64,000 nt of DNA from Oikopleura dioica (GCA_907165135.1 OU015567.1:5518001-5582000); one strand, 5' to 3'; positions 22,900 to 36,458 are shown, numbered from the stretch's first letter. Translations and numbers: made by a program. The notes: generated by a model not told the origin, from the sequence alone.

Positions 22900-25251
22900 T
22901 CAAAGAACGAAAAAGTCTTGCTCAATTTTCGTTTCTAGAAAAGCGCGATATTTTAAAAACCGGCGGACGCAGAGCCTGGTCAATCCTTCAGCCCAATCCT
23001 CTGGCCGTAGATCGACTTGCTCTACTCCCAATCTCCCTCCGACCCCCTCGATGCTGGGAATGAGCATGCGAGGTCGAGGAACACCAATTTCGACCTAGAA
23101 GGAATTTTTTGAAAGTAATCTTCCTAGTGCTCAACTTCTTGGTAGAAAATCGTAATAAAATTTTTGGCAAAAAATTTTAATATCAGTAAATATTTTATTG
23201 TTTTGAAAAATTTTTGTCATTTTGGCAGTGAAAAATTGAACTTGAAAGAACAGTTTCGTTAGAATTCAGAATTTGTTCTGCTGGGATCAGCAATGACCAG
23301 GGAATCGCAAGTCTTTGCACTCGTTTCGTTCTCGTCGGTCATTTTGAAATTGAGTCCTCGCGGTCGATTTGGATCGGCAGGGAGGCGCTGCTTCCGCGGA
23401 ATTCTGATGCTCATTGAGAGCCATCTGGAGACGCCTCCAAAACGCCCGCCGAAGCTTTCTTGTTGACCTGGGTAAGAAGGGACGGGTTAGAACGGAACAA
23501 GTAAGGGGACTTACCTAGGGAAAGGTAGAACTTGTGCGTCTTTGTTTTTAAAAATGAGTTCTTTTTTCGCGAGACGAGATTTTTCCCGCTCCAAATTGAG
23601 GATTTCAGGCAAGTTGGTTCGCGCAATTCTGCTCGCATCGTCTTGTACTTGTTGAATCGATCACAGCTTGGATCCAAACCTGATTCGAAATTCGTTGTGA
23701 CCTTGGAAAAATTGCTGTGAATTTGAGACGGCTGAGATTGGGTACCTTGGCGTTGGGTGTGGTGAGCTCAAAGTTGAGATTTCCAGCGCGGTAGCCAGGT
23801 CGAAGATAGTGCTCGATTCTCCCGTTTTCGAGGGGGTATTCGTAGCGGACGCGGAGAGCGATGTTGTGCATGCCACAGAGCGCAGTCATCAGCTACCGAA
23901 TACAGGTTAAAATCATGAAAAATGGAGACCTTAGACTATTTACCCTGACAGTTCTGAACTTGTCCTCCTGAACTCCTTCCTTGTCAAGTCTCGTAACCAC
24001 GATTCCATTCGACGCAATATTCCTAAAAACATCATCGCATTTCGTGCACTCTGTCTTCTTCGCGGAAGTGACGTTGCTAGCCGCCACCCCGTCAGTTGTC
24101 TTTTTCACCATTGATACGTCCGTGATAACAGCGTTCAGCGGAAGCCACAAAATCGAGACAACGTCGTTGTTATCGCCGGTCCTACCGCAAAAGGGCTCAA
24201 CATTAATGATACTTCCATCATAATTTCAAATTCCAGAATTCATTTTTTTTACAAATTTTAAAAGTGTTTGAGCCCGTTCCCAGTTCTCGCGGCAAGAGTG
24301 GTTTCGATCTCGACCGCAACGTTTAAACTTCTATTGACTTCGATTTTGACATTGTAGTCGGTCGCCGGCACTTCCGGAAAGTAGTGATTCGTCTCGCAAA
24401 CAAACGGCAGTTTCATCCCGCATTTTCCCCCGCGCCATGTTCGCTACAAATAACATATTCATCAATAACAATGAAAAAAGTGCTCACCTTGCGGCGGTCG
24501 TCTGCGTAGACACAAGTGTTCGATCTTATTTCCGGATAGCCAGTGCGGAAGTAATCGTAAGTCGGGCGAATCTGCGTGTGCTGCCATAACCACTCCATTT
24601 CCCGCGAGTTCAGGCCAGTCCAAACTCGTGTTCCTGTTGATGGATGATTTTTTGTTGAAAATTTATTTTATTATAAAAACCATAATTTCGGGCCCTCCTC
24701 TAAAAAACGGTGATTTCATTTTTGAGAAAATGTTTGAAAGAAAATAATAAAGTTTTTTACTTAAGTCATCATTTACTCCGATGAGTACTCCTAAAAGAAT
24801 TGCGTAAGAAGCTCTGCAAACAACGCTTTGAATCTGTATTTATTCGCTTCTATGTAACTTTCAGGGGAATCTATAAAAACATGTCTTAAACTTGCACGAC
24901 CTCCGATTCGAATTCGAACTCGCAGAGAACTTGCTCGAACTTTGAGTAACTTTCCAAAATTCCAAGACTAAAAATTCCATCCATTCCTGGAGGAGAATGT
25001 CGATTGAGCCACTTTGCGAATCCTTTCTGTTTGTCCGAACAGTCGATAGTTACCAAGTGCATGTCTCTTTCTTTACAGTAGTTTCGCGCGTCGACCCACT
25101 TTTTCGCAGCTGCCACGAACTCGAAATCTTCAAAAACAATTAATCGTTTCTCAGAAATCTTTTGTCGAGCACTATTTTTGAGGTTAAAAGCGGAAGTTTT
25201 ATGAACCGGATTCTCAAAAAGTCCATCATCATCATCATCATCATAAAACAA
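22900..25251 (-). CDS. C-type lectin domain protein with uncharacterised C-terminal region; multi-exon, ends uncertain
   Basis: KKWVDARNYCKERDMHLVTID, VWTGLN, WRGGKCGMKLPFVCE (CTLD signature). Further open exons at 24230-23930, 23890-23540 and possibly ~23100-22900. Confidence 0.6.
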
Positions 25252-26676
25252 TTCTTAGAATAAGCAGCCCCTTATTTTCTTTCTTGTCCTCCTTAACCTT
25301 CCGCCAAAAGTTCTGGCCCCCTTTGTTTTAATGGGTTAATATTTGATCACTGTATTTGACCTCTACTGACAGTAGCCCGCGGTTAAAATAAGCGATCATC
25401 ATTTTTTTCTCTCTTTTGACTACGCTGGAATGTCAAATATTTTCGTTGGAAACAACACGAAAGCTATCCAACCCTTGGATTATGGACTCGATCCTATCTG
25501 TTTGAACAAGATAAACATCGATGCTCGGGTGCATTAAAATGTCACAATTATTGGCGCCTCTCATTTTTACATGGAAAAATGAGTTGATGATGATGATCAC
25601 GTGATTTCTGGACGCAATGACCTGGAGGAAGATTCATTTCTTGGCAAATATCAGGAAAATCAGCGGTAACTTTGTGGAATGTCAAATATTATGAACTTGA
25701 CTGATCTTTCCTTTTTCAAATATTGTCAAGTCTACCCTCTTTTTCTTGAAAAATCATTAAAATTAACAGAATAAATCATGTTTAAATTTATATATTAAGC
25801 TTCCAATATCTTTTTTAATGCAATCATAATATCGTTTATGGCCTAAACAACCCTTTTATTTACAAAAAAATGCTCAAATTTCCTTCAATTCTTTTTTAAA
25901 ATTTGACTCTAGACAGCTAAATATCGGCCCCTGTCTCCTTATTTGAACCTTTTCTCTTTACTTACGATATTTTTGGCTCCATTCTTCGGATCCAATTTTC
26001 ACTCTGCTTTTTGGCCGGCTCCTCAACTCTGCCCTTGATATTGTTAAAAATAAAGCAATTAAAAGTTTGAACATGTTTGATATTTTTTTCTAGTTTCTAG
26101 CGCTTGAATGTTGTGATCAGATCGGAGCGTAGCGCGCGCGCATGGGGCGCCATGAATCTTGTACGCAAACTTGACCAGTTTTTCCCCCATTCATCATGTT
26201 CTTTATTGGAATCACTCGCCGGGACAAGCGAAAACAAACCAATCTGAATGTTATTATCTCCATTAACGGATTCTCGATCTAACAAGTGCTGACCTACAAA
26301 TTGGAGGCCAAATTCTCCAAAAATATCTTTCCCATGTTTTTGCCGATAAATAACGTTGAGACACCCTTATTTGATTTCATCAAAACAAAGAATAAAACTT
26401 TAATTAAGGGAGTCACTATCTTAAAAAAAATTTAAATTTACATTTCAAATCGATGTTAAGAATGTGACACCCTTATTTTTTGAGCTTGTTTTTGTTATAA
26501 TAATAAAAGAAAATAAGGGTATCCCTTTGTTGATTTTCGTCATAAATTCGTCAGATTTCTTTGTAATGACATCACCAAATCGCTTACATAATCAAGTTCC
26601 CTTAGTAATCTGCACTTACTTAGAAGTCGTTTGGCCATAAAATCCTTCTCATTGCCAATTATCAGTCTGCTTCAGG

Positions 26677-26910
26677 TCAAGGACCTCCGTATTGATGGAT
26701 TAGCTCGCGTTCGCGCTTACTCAGATCTTTCAAATTGTTGAAATAACTTTGAATCAACAATTTTTTCCTTAACTTATCACTTTTTTCTTCCAACAACATA
26801 CAGTTTTTGACCTTTTTACAGTCACTGCTTGTCCTAATGAATAAGCTCTTTCTCCATTCCTTCAACTCAGACAGAAAGATCTTTCGCAACTTCATCCGAC
26901 GTCGACTCAT
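26677..26910 (-). CDS. Short basic ORF of unknown function
   Basis: 77-aa ATG ORF, divergent from the 27066 gene; no recognised domain. Confidence 0.3.
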   Translation of the reverse strand: MSRRRMKLRKIFLSELKEWRKSLFIRTSSDCKKVKNCMLLEEKSDKLRKKLLIQSYFNNLKDLSKRERELIHQYGGP

Positions 26911-27065
26911 CCTCTAAAAGACGGTCTAAACGATCAATCACCTAATCGTCTCACCGAAAACGTGGCTGTTATAAATTACTCGAGTAATTGTCAATTGTCG
27001 CCCGATTAAAGTGTCTATAAGAAAGTCTCCTCCAAAAGATGAAATAGTTTTCCTGAGACGAAAAA

Positions 27066-27458
27066 ATGAAGCTTTTCAGATTTTTCGGAGTTTTTTGCGC
27101 CGCTTTTGCTCAAGCGGATGAAACTGATGAGCCGCTCAATGCGCTGGCTGTTGAAGTCGAGGATTTTAAATTTCTCATTGATGATATTTTGCGATCGAGA
27201 GACCAGGAATCAAAACATCTTACAGTAAGTTTTCTTGCTCCTGCAGCTCCTGTCTATTGAAACTTTAAGGCGCGAATAATCGAATTGGAAGATAAACTGG
27301 CGCAACAGCAGATGCTCTACTACCAGGCGAAACTCAAACAATCAGGAATCACCGAAGAAGTCGTCAAAGAAGCTTCCTCGAAGCAGGAAAAAGAAGACAA
27401 CAACGAATTCGGGCCAAATTATCAAGGAATTCTTGATTTTTTCAATGAAGGTTTTTGA
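27066..27458 (+). CDS. Small secreted coiled-coil protein; exons 27066-27224, 27270-27458
   Basis: Signal peptide MKLFRFFGVFCAAFA, phase-0 GTAAGT..AG intron, AATAAA just after the stop. Confidence 0.7.
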
Positions 27459-27607
27459 ATGAATAAATAAATCTCGAAATCATTTTTTTATATAGTCAAC
27501 TGATAAATGTTATTGCAATATTTATTGGGATGCTTTTTATGATAGAGCGTTTATCATACTCATACTATTAAATAAATAATAATAAATTATTCGAAGACTT
27601 TGGCTTT

Positions 27608-29396
27608 CTAGAGGTCAAAGATCATGTTAGCCACGGACTCATCTTGGCTTTCTCGCTGGACACCTCGATCTTGTCCAAGTTGTATAAGCGCTCTAGAATT
27701 GGAAATTGATTTTGAAAAACATAAAAAATCGTCAACCTCATCGTTTCACGCATAAAATCGGCTTTTTCTATTGAAGATTTGTGTTGTTCGTCAATGTTAT
27801 CAAGTCGTTTTTTGAGCTGATCTGTTAGTCGAACACTTTGATCTGATAGACCCTTGAGTTCCGAAGTGACGTCTTTATGCTCGTCAGAATCGTCGGTGAG
27901 CTTTTCAAGAGCGGATTGAAGAAGGCGGATCTGAAACGAATAACATGAAAATTTGATAACAAAAAAAGCGAGCTTACAGTTTCTCTAGATTCTTTCAGAA
28001 CATCGATGCTTTCTTTCCTTTTCTCTCCAGCGCGAGAACTTGACCGAGAGAAAGTTAGATGTAAGTTAGATAAATTTATTGAAAAGCTTACTCTAAGGAT
28101 GATGGACCGGAAGCTTCTTCTCTGGCGATTTCTGGCTCGCTGAAGATGTAGCGCAACTCATTCACTATCTGAAAGAAAGCTATAGAATTGCGAGGAAAAA
28201 TAAGGTAGTTTCCTCACCTCGAGTTTGGCCCGTTCTTCAGCAGTCCAGTCATCTTCTATCTCCAGATTTTCGATTTTCTCAACAAGGGAGTCTCCGAGAC
28301 TCATATCTAGAACGATCAGTAAATCCATCTGCAGGCCACATTATACCTTGAATTTCAGAATCTGAAGATCTTCTTCCCGAGTTCATTAATTTTTCCTCCA
28401 AAACTCTGATCTTTCTCTTCAGCTCTCTGATTTCCTCTTCGTACAATTCGCATTCTGCGCGGCTCTGATCCAAATGACTTTGAAGTTCATCTGCTCTTGA
28501 GCTCATCGATGCCTGCATCTCTTCCTGCTTCTCAATCTTGTCGAGAGCGGAAGTGTATTCGGTCATGAGTTTGTCATGCTCATCCTTGGATTTTGCCGTT
28601 GCTTCTTTCAGAACTTCGAGTTCTTTTTGCTGCAAGGAGAGTTTCTTTCGAGCTGAATAATTGTAACAAAAGATGGCTAAAATCGACGTTACCTTGTTTG
28701 AGATCATGCTCAGTTTCTTCATGCTCTCGTTTAAGCTGATCCAGTTCGTAGGAGAGCCGGTTGTTTTCATTATCTGTGACGTTCATTTCATCTCTTTTTT
28801 TCAACAATTAAATGATTTCATAAGGTAAGTATTGCATACCTGACTCTTACAAGCTGATCAGAAATGCTTTCCTTTATTTTGTCGAGTTCGGTCAGTTTTT
28901 GCTGCTGGAGAGCAACGTCTTCCTCAAGGAGATTTTTTTCGTTTTCCAAGTTTTTTCTATTCAGTTTTTGTGTGTCTAGCTGATTTTTTAGGTTGTTTTT
29001 CTCATCTTTTGTTTTTTTAAGTTGATTGCCAAGAGATTCAATTTTAGCCTTCAAATGAGAGAATGCTCCGAGATTATTTTCAAGATCTGTAAGAATCGGT
29101 GCGAGTTCTCTATCAACCTCTTCGTAGTCTTCAGTGAATTCTGGGATAATGAATAAAATGTTTACATTAAGTTCGGATACTTTTATACTGTTGACTTTCG
29201 AAAAATTCTTTCGGAGTGCTTCCCACGGAAGAATTCTTCAGTGTCTTATTGGAATCGCTTGATTTTGAAGAAGTGGACATCTTGCTCTCTTGATCTGAAC
29301 ATAAAAAATCGCTCCCAGAAGACTGTAAGAAGAAAAAGTACCTCTCGAATACGAAGAGTTTCCGCGAATCAGAAGGAAAGTGTGTGGTTTTTGACA
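27608..29396 (-). CDS. Coiled-coil protein: inverted partial duplicate of the 3' end of the 40-51 kb gene with a different N-terminus
   Basis: MTEYTSALDKIEKQEE...QSHLDQSRAECELYEEEI, IRLLQSALEKL, and final ...QDESVA(N/S)M(I/T)FDL* match 50030-51223, with conserved intron positions. Confidence 0.75.
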
Positions 29397-30215
29397 TTTT
29401 AAAATACATAGATAAATAATGGAAAATTCTGGTTGCTTGGTATATTTTCGACAGTTCTCCTTTCTCCTCCAATTTCAAATATGCAAATATATAATTATGC
29501 ATGCAGAACTCGTTAATTCTTTTTGTTCGTTTATTTTTAATAAAAATGTACAAGACTTAAGAATAAGAAAATGATCTTATTATTAAAGAGAACAATTATG
29601 GCAAAGCAGTTGCATTGACAAGTGTCCAGAGAAACTGAGGGTTGTTTTCATCGAAAGGAACAACTTTTATCGACTTCATTCAAATTTCAGTTCCCAATTC
29701 GTAGTCTTTTTTTAGCGCCCTGAATAGTCGGCTTTTAGATCAATCGCTCCCGTCGAAAGGTGCAAACTCCTGCTGAAACTGCTCCGAAATGAAATTTGTG
29801 TGATAATCACTAGTTTTTCGAATTTATAAAATGATTTTATACAAAAGACTTTCTTGCAGAATTTCAAATATTATCCATCCTATAAAGGTGATTTCACCAC
29901 CTGAGGAAGAATTTTCTGGAGAATTTTATAACAAGTTCAGTTTCAAAAAACATTAGCGTGCGCCATTATCTCAGTGGGTGCCCGCTATGACCAAGTACTC
30001 GAAATCAGATGCAAATAACACCGGCTGATTAACACAAAAATTCCCGCAAGAAGCTGATTTATGTTTGCTACAGCCAATAATCTTAAATAAATGGATCAAA
30101 AGTGGCTTTTGTCAATGAATTTTTAAAAAAACGTGTAAGAAAAAATTGGTGGTACTGTCGAAAACCCTCTCCGTTTTTTACCTTCCAGGATCATTAACTG
30201 TAGATTCAAATCAAA

Positions 30216-30317
30216 AGAGGCGATTTTCTGGCAGTTAGATTTTCTGGCAGTGCCAGAAAATCGCCTCTGCCAGAAAGTCTAACTGCCAGAAAATCTAACT
30301 GCCAGAAAATCGCCTCT
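30216..30317. repeat. 102-bp palindromic element built from TTTTCTGGCAG units
   Basis: AGAGGCGATTTTCTGGCAGTTAGA at the left and its reverse complement at the right; no TSD seen. Confidence 0.7.
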
Positions 30318-30830
30318 CTCCATCATTTCAACTTCGCCTCTCCAAGCAAGCTCTTGTCCTTTAATTGAAGCTCTTTATTAAATTTTTCGCTTTGTAAACT
30401 ACCTTTACTATCAGTGACTGTCGTTTTTATCCACCAATTATCACAATCAGGGCCCTTAATGAATTATAATCAAATTTTTTTCCGCCAAAATCATGATTTA
30501 CTCCGCATGCTTTTTGAAGTTTCCAAGTTTGCAAAAAACCAGCTCTTCCGACTTCTTCATGTTTGACTTCATCTCCCAAATCAAGCATATCTAGAATCAA
30601 TGTTCAATAAAAAGTACTGTCAGACTGACAGTGTCAGTGTGAGTATTCGCGAACCTTTTGCAAAACTAGCTCGACAATTGCCTTGTCCTCCACAGCCATG
30701 ACTGTTGATGAAGTACTCATTCAATTTATAAGTCGGTTCGATTTCCAAATGATGAATCTCAATTTCAGGCGTTGTCAGCATAAATGGATTGTAGGGGTTT
30801 CCGCAAGTGACAGTGAACTTATTTTTTTTC

Positions 30831-31970
30831 TCAATTTTCCAATGATTTCAATAATTCTACCTCATTGTTGTTATTGTTCAAAAATCCAACAAGTTGATTA
30901 TAGAAGCATCTTGGTCCATCCTCCATCTCAATGCAGACATCTTCGCAGTCCATTTCATAACAGCTGTTTGTCACAGGAGGAAGTTCTTCGCAAAGCTCTC
31001 CCGTAATGTCTTCTGGGCATTGACATTCAAATGAGTCATCTCCAGTATTAACGCAGACTCCCCCATTTTGGCAAGGAAGATGCATGCAAGGATAAGATTC
31101 GCATCTATCTCCAGTATGGAATTCTGGGCACTTGCAGATGTAATCATCGCCGACCATACTGCACTCGCCATAATTGAAACATGCTGGGGGAAGATTCGAA
31201 TCGTCATTTTCACACGGAGTTATTGAGCAATCTCGGCCAGCGAAAAGCTCACTTGGACACTCGCAGCTCCAAATGGCTCCGACAAAACTGCACTCTCCGT
31301 ACTCACAGGGTTCAGAAGAGCAAGGTGTTGTCTCACAATTGTTGCCTGAAATGCCGATGGGACAAGAGCAAGAATACTGTTCCCCATCTGCATTGCAAGT
31401 TCCGCCATTTTGACAAGGATTATTCTTACAAGGATTTGTGCCCTCTTCGATGCACGGGCAGGATTTGACCTCCAGCTGGTACGCTTTGCAACATTCTTCC
31501 ATGCAGATGAGACTTGGAGGGCAGCTCTTGATGCAATTATTTTGATCCTCCAAGGCGTTTTCAATGCATTGTTTGTAATTTTCATTGTTGATCTCAGCTT
31601 CGTAACATTCGCAGAGGGGATGGGAGCAACCCTTGCAGCCGAGGGGGCAATTCAGGCCACATGGGCATGATGAATCGCAAGCTTGGCAAAATCAGTTTAT
31701 CAAACGGTGCTGATGAAACTCACCTCCAAAATCAACGCGACACTGATTCTGACAGAGTGTTTGGTCACCACATCCGGCAAGACAGTCAATGTATTCAATC
31801 CGACAACCATGGAGACACACATCATGGATATCAGTGTCACTTATTCATTGCTCAAATCATAATAGAAAATGCTCTTACATGCAGTTGTCTTTCAAAATAT
31901 CCTTCATCCATTGATTCTGAAGCGCCAAAATTCCGAAAAAACTCGAAAAATTAATAATAAGCCGAGTCAT
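30831..31970 (-). CDS. Secreted Cys-rich protein with about 5 EGF-like repeats; 3' end may splice further
   Basis: Signal [16 protein letters not shown], Cys-rich module (C..GC...C...[10 protein letters not shown]...[11 protein letters not shown]), then [12 protein letters not shown]...[12 protein letters not shown]-type EGF repeats. Confidence 0.82.
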
Positions 31971-34310
31971 TTTTTTTCTCTCTGACCATTTAATTGACTC
32001 GCGTGTTTTTGATGCTCTTTGATGAGCTTGATATTTAGTTTATTCAAATTTTGCCCTTTTCAAAGATACATTTTCTTGACTGTTTTCGGTCAAATTAATA
32101 TAAAAGAAAAAATCATCAGAAATAGAAAAAGGAAAAATTGATCGCTACGTTCCAAAACGATGTCCCTCGGGAAAGTAAAATGAGGATTAAAAAGATGAAT
32201 GAAATTATAAGTTCGTATTTGTTTCTGCTCGAGCAACCAATAAGGATATACAGCTTTAAAAATTTATACCGGCAGGCACTGTTGATATAGCGCGTCCCCG
32301 CACGACTTGTACCTTGCCAGCTTCATCGGCCATTCTGCTTTACTAAATGATAAAACAAGAAAGAGAGCCACTTAGCAATTAGTTGTTAATAATAGAGAAG
32401 CTTTATTTATCTTTTTGCTGAGAGTGAAGAAACCCAATGGACTGAGATTTTTTTTTTTCAAAAAGAAGGAGAAAAAATAGAGGAGGAGAAAAAAAATGTC
32501 GTTTATGCATGGTTCGCCCGGCGCAAGTCTTCAGAAAATGGTTAAACTCAAGCTTTTTTATGCTGATTTCCTTTTTACGCCGTATACCCTTAAGTTTGAT
32601 ACCTACGAATTACCCAAAGGGAAGCGATGATAGAGCAAGGAATAATCTAAAAGTTGCAATTAAGATTAAGGGTCTACCTTAAATAGTTTCGGGAAAAATC
32701 CAAATAACTCTGTATAGGCCCTTAAAAAAGTCTAATTCATATTTAACCAAAAGAAGCTGGAGATCGATTCTTGTCTACGTAAGTAATTTTAAGAATTCAT
32801 TAAATCTACCTTTTTCTCTTTTCATTATTTTTTATCAAAAACCCTCTTCTCAAAAATTCTCTATTTGATCATCAAATTGCGTCTAAAACGGTCGAGAATC
32901 GACAAGCAATTAATAAACCGATAAAATTGGCTTCCTCCACCAAAAAAGCGGTTAGCAATTTCAATGAAACTCGCATTTTCCAAAAGGCGATATTTGTGAA
33001 TGCTGAAAAGCCGACCAGCGCGAGATATTTTTAACGTTTTGCACGACAACCAAGATCAGCATGATCAAATCGAGGTTTCTGCGTATAGTTGTGAGTTTTT
33101 CGGCGAAGCGGGAATCAAGGAAGAGAATTTTAGTTTTACTCAATTTAGTGATTGCGATTTTGATCATGTTCCTGACTGCGCTGGCGCTCGAAGCGATCGG
33201 AGATTATTTGAGGATAAGAAAGTACAGCTCGTATAAATACACGATTACGAATATTTGAGGCATTTTCTGTAAATAATAAAAGTCTTAAAAGTCTTCCAAA
33301 ACGAAAAAGTTCAATTTTATTCGGAAAAAAAAACGAAAAAGCCTGAGTCAGGGCCAAAAAGATCTTTACTCAAAAGCCAAAAAGCCTGACTCAGGATTTT
33401 TTCAGGAGAAAGAAAAAATAGCAAGTACGAATCTTTATTCAAAAAGAAAATTAAAAGTACCCAAAAAGTGGTCCAAACTCATTTTTCTTCGGTTGATGGT
33501 TAAGTTTGTGAGAAGCGTCTATTTTGTTGTCATGATCGCCGTGTTCGTCGTTGACAACATCCAAATTCAGCTCTACAGAGATTTTATAAAAGGCCTTTTT
33601 GGATTCTTACCAGCGCCGGGATGACTTTTTATGAACGAGTACGGAGTCGCACAAAGAACGAGAAAGAAGAAAAATGAAAAAAGAAAAACTTTCATATTTG
33701 GAGAAAGAGTCTGAGGAATTTATTCATTGAGCTCTCTTTTATATCGGTAGAACACCGCTATTTTTTCAGACAAAGAAAATATGTCAAAAAATATTTATAA
33801 AGGAAAAACAAGGCATCGAAACAACTGCTCTGGGGTCATTAGAAATTATCTCCGTCAGTTGACGAGAAAGTTCATTAAAAAATCCTTTTTTTTATTTCTA
33901 TCAACCATATTGTCATTATTAATGATTTTTCGTCAAATTATGAACACGACTTTATCACTTGTTTTCATGTTTATAAAAAAGTGCTGCGTTCTGATGTAAC
34001 TTTGAGCGATGCATCAACCTCACGGGACCCGTCTGAGATTACCGCTTTAGAAAAGGTTATCAGGAAACCGCTCACGCGCAAGCTGCATGCCGCATATCGA
34101 AACTGCCCGCGGTGGTGTTGCTTCAAAATGCAGCAGCCTTTTCTTAGCTGCTCTGAATTTCAAAGCCGAAAATTAACAAATCAGAATTCTGACTCAGAAA
34201 AATATTCTGACTCTTAGCTGTCGTGTCTAGACACCTGTCACTCAATTGTCAAAAATTGCTTTAGGGGGGCTTTATTTGTTACAGAATTTTGAAAGAATTT
34301 TGAAAGATTC

Positions 34311-34870
34311 TCAAGAAGAATAGTTGAAATCTTCTAATAAATGGTTGGTCGACCAGTGCTCCCAGCATTCGTACAGGCCGTCTTGATAGAAACACTGAAA
34401 GAAAAATTAAGATTTAACGTGGTGACACCCTTAATTCTTGACCAAAAAAGGAAAAAAAGTAAGCTTTTGAGTTCCACCTGTTTGATTTTTTCTTTTCTAA
34501 TCGACAACTTTGGATAATTCGGATTTCTCAAGCAATAAATCTCCACTTCTGTCCACCCTCTATCCGACCAGGGCAGTTTTTTCTTGCACATGCTGCCATT
34601 TCGAATTGGTTCCTGGCAGGGAAGCGCTGCTCCAGTATTTCCATAGCAAAAGTCTCCCTTTTGCCAAGTAAAGGTCCACTTAGGTTCGGGCCCCTTATAA
34701 ACCGTTGGTCCTGGAATGTTCGCTCTCTGAGCAGGTGGCAGTGCGGGACGGGTCGGAACGGGCCTTGAAAGGGTTGGAAAAGGGCCGGAAAAGGGAAGAA
34801 TACCTTTGATTCTGGAAAGAGCGCAGCGTTGTTTTCGGATAATTCCGCATTCGTGGCGGCCCTCTGTTTT
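34311..34870 (-). CDS. Putative Cys/Trp-rich protein fragment (low confidence)
   Basis: Exon WTFTWQKGDFCYG...EKIKQ joins in phase 0 (CAG|GTG...TTTCAG) to CFYQDGLYECWEHW...*. The start was not found. Confidence 0.3.
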
Positions 34871-35439
34871 TGTTTTCAGTCAGCAAACGAGCCCGGAGAT
34901 AAGTGCTTAAAAGACGTGTTTAGATGTTTGCACTGAAAATGAAGGATTCTGAGTTTGATATGGATTCCATGTTTTCTCATTTGTAAAATTGGTTGTCGAA
35001 ACTCTGGCTAATTTAATCTTGTTGGAGCTACTAATGAGGGACTACTTGTGAACGCATTTTTCGAAAACGAGGCTTTCGAGTTGCGAGTTATAATAAATTA
35101 ATTTTCCCATGGTCGATTTTGTTTAACCCATTTCGGCATAAATACCTGTACTTTGGTATTCGATTCGCAGTGTTTCTAAAACTGCTCTTCAAATTCCTCA
35201 ATCTCGCATTTCTCAAGCTTCCGTTGGAAAACTTCCTCATCCCAAACGATCGTTTATAGTATCCTTTTACATCTTTGAGAAGAAAAATATACAGAAATGA
35301 TTTTAAATTCATGATTTTCGTGCAGAAAAGAGGGCGGGGGCTTCGGAGCAGAATTTTTAACGCAGCGTGGATTTGTCTTCCGCATTGAATTTCAATCATC
35401 GGCTCAACTTATTATCAAGAAGAAAAAGAGAGAGATGTT

Positions 35440-35626
35440 GAAATTGGCGGTCACGTGTTCCGGCGGCCATCGAAAAAGTACGGCGCAGGAAAACTGACCC
35501 GAGGCCGAGTTCTAGCAACGTACCTTCGCTTTAAACTCAGCAAGCTCTTCCCGCGGCTCTTTTGGTTCCAGAACCAACTGGTTTGGTCTTCTCTACCGAC
35601 TCCTTGCGGCTCTAGAAGGTATAAAA
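35440..35626 (+). promoter_or_regulatory. Conserved promoter of paralog 1 (GAAATTGGCGGTCACGTG E-box block plus TATAAAA), also present upstream of paralog 2
   Basis: Identical GAAATTGGCGGTCACGTGT at 35440 and 36324; TATAAAA at 35620 and 36403. Confidence 0.6.
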
Positions 35627-35676
35627 ACAGGAGAAAAGATCGAAAAATCGTCACAGACGAATAATTTGATAGAAAA

Positions 35677-36178
35677 ATGAAGCTTTTTGGATCTGCTCTC
35701 CTAGCCGTCACCCTCGCTGCCCGAGAAAAAGAGTAAGTTAACAGAGAAATTGACAATAGAAGACCCTTTTTTCTTTTCATTCTGGTGAAGTGTATTCATC
35801 GTCATTTCTAGTGCTGCCAGGCGATTGAACAAAATCAAGGGCCACACCGCCACCCTCATCGACCTCATGGACAACAACACCACCGCTTCCGACAAGAACG
35901 TCGGCCGAGTCCAGGCCTGGACCGACAAGCTCTTCAGCCAGCTTGAAGGGCTCGACCTCACCCGATGCGCTGCTGATGAAGTCGCCGAAGAAGACGATAC
36001 CGCCGTCTTCGATCAAGAAAACTACTGCAAGCTCGCCGGCCAGGTCCAGACCGCCCTCCGATCGTACCTCCGAACTTTCGTCTGCGTCGACTCCTACCCC
36101 AAGAAGAACTTCGAAAAGGCGTTCTCGAAGCGAACCAACCGAGTCCGAAACATCGCCGCCCGAGCTGGTGACTGTTAA
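35677..36178 (+). CDS. Small secreted protein, tandem paralog 1 (2 exons)
   Basis: MKLFGSALLAVTLA signal, phase-2 GT-AG intron, RLNKIK...FDQENYC...FVC...RAGDC*. Confidence 0.85.
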
Positions 36179-36458
36179 TTTTTCATTGAAACTGTAACTG
36201 CCGACGATTGACTCTTGATTCACGGATTGCCAAACCTTTTCTTTATATTTTCTCTGCAAATAAAATGCGATAGCATTAATAAAGCAGATTTATTGAGACC
36301 CCGCGTAAAATGTCATGGTTAATGAAATTGGCGGTCACGTGTCCCTGCCGCAGCGATCGAATAAGTACGGCGTAAGAAAACAGACCTTGCGGCTTTAGAA
36401 GGTATAAAAACGCTTCGAGAGATCGAAAAATCCTCACAGACGAATACTTTGATAAAAA

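Noticed and set aside
32497-33650. Scattered splice-like signals and short hydrophobic ORFs on both strands
   Set aside because: Could not assemble a phase-consistent gene; left unannotated.
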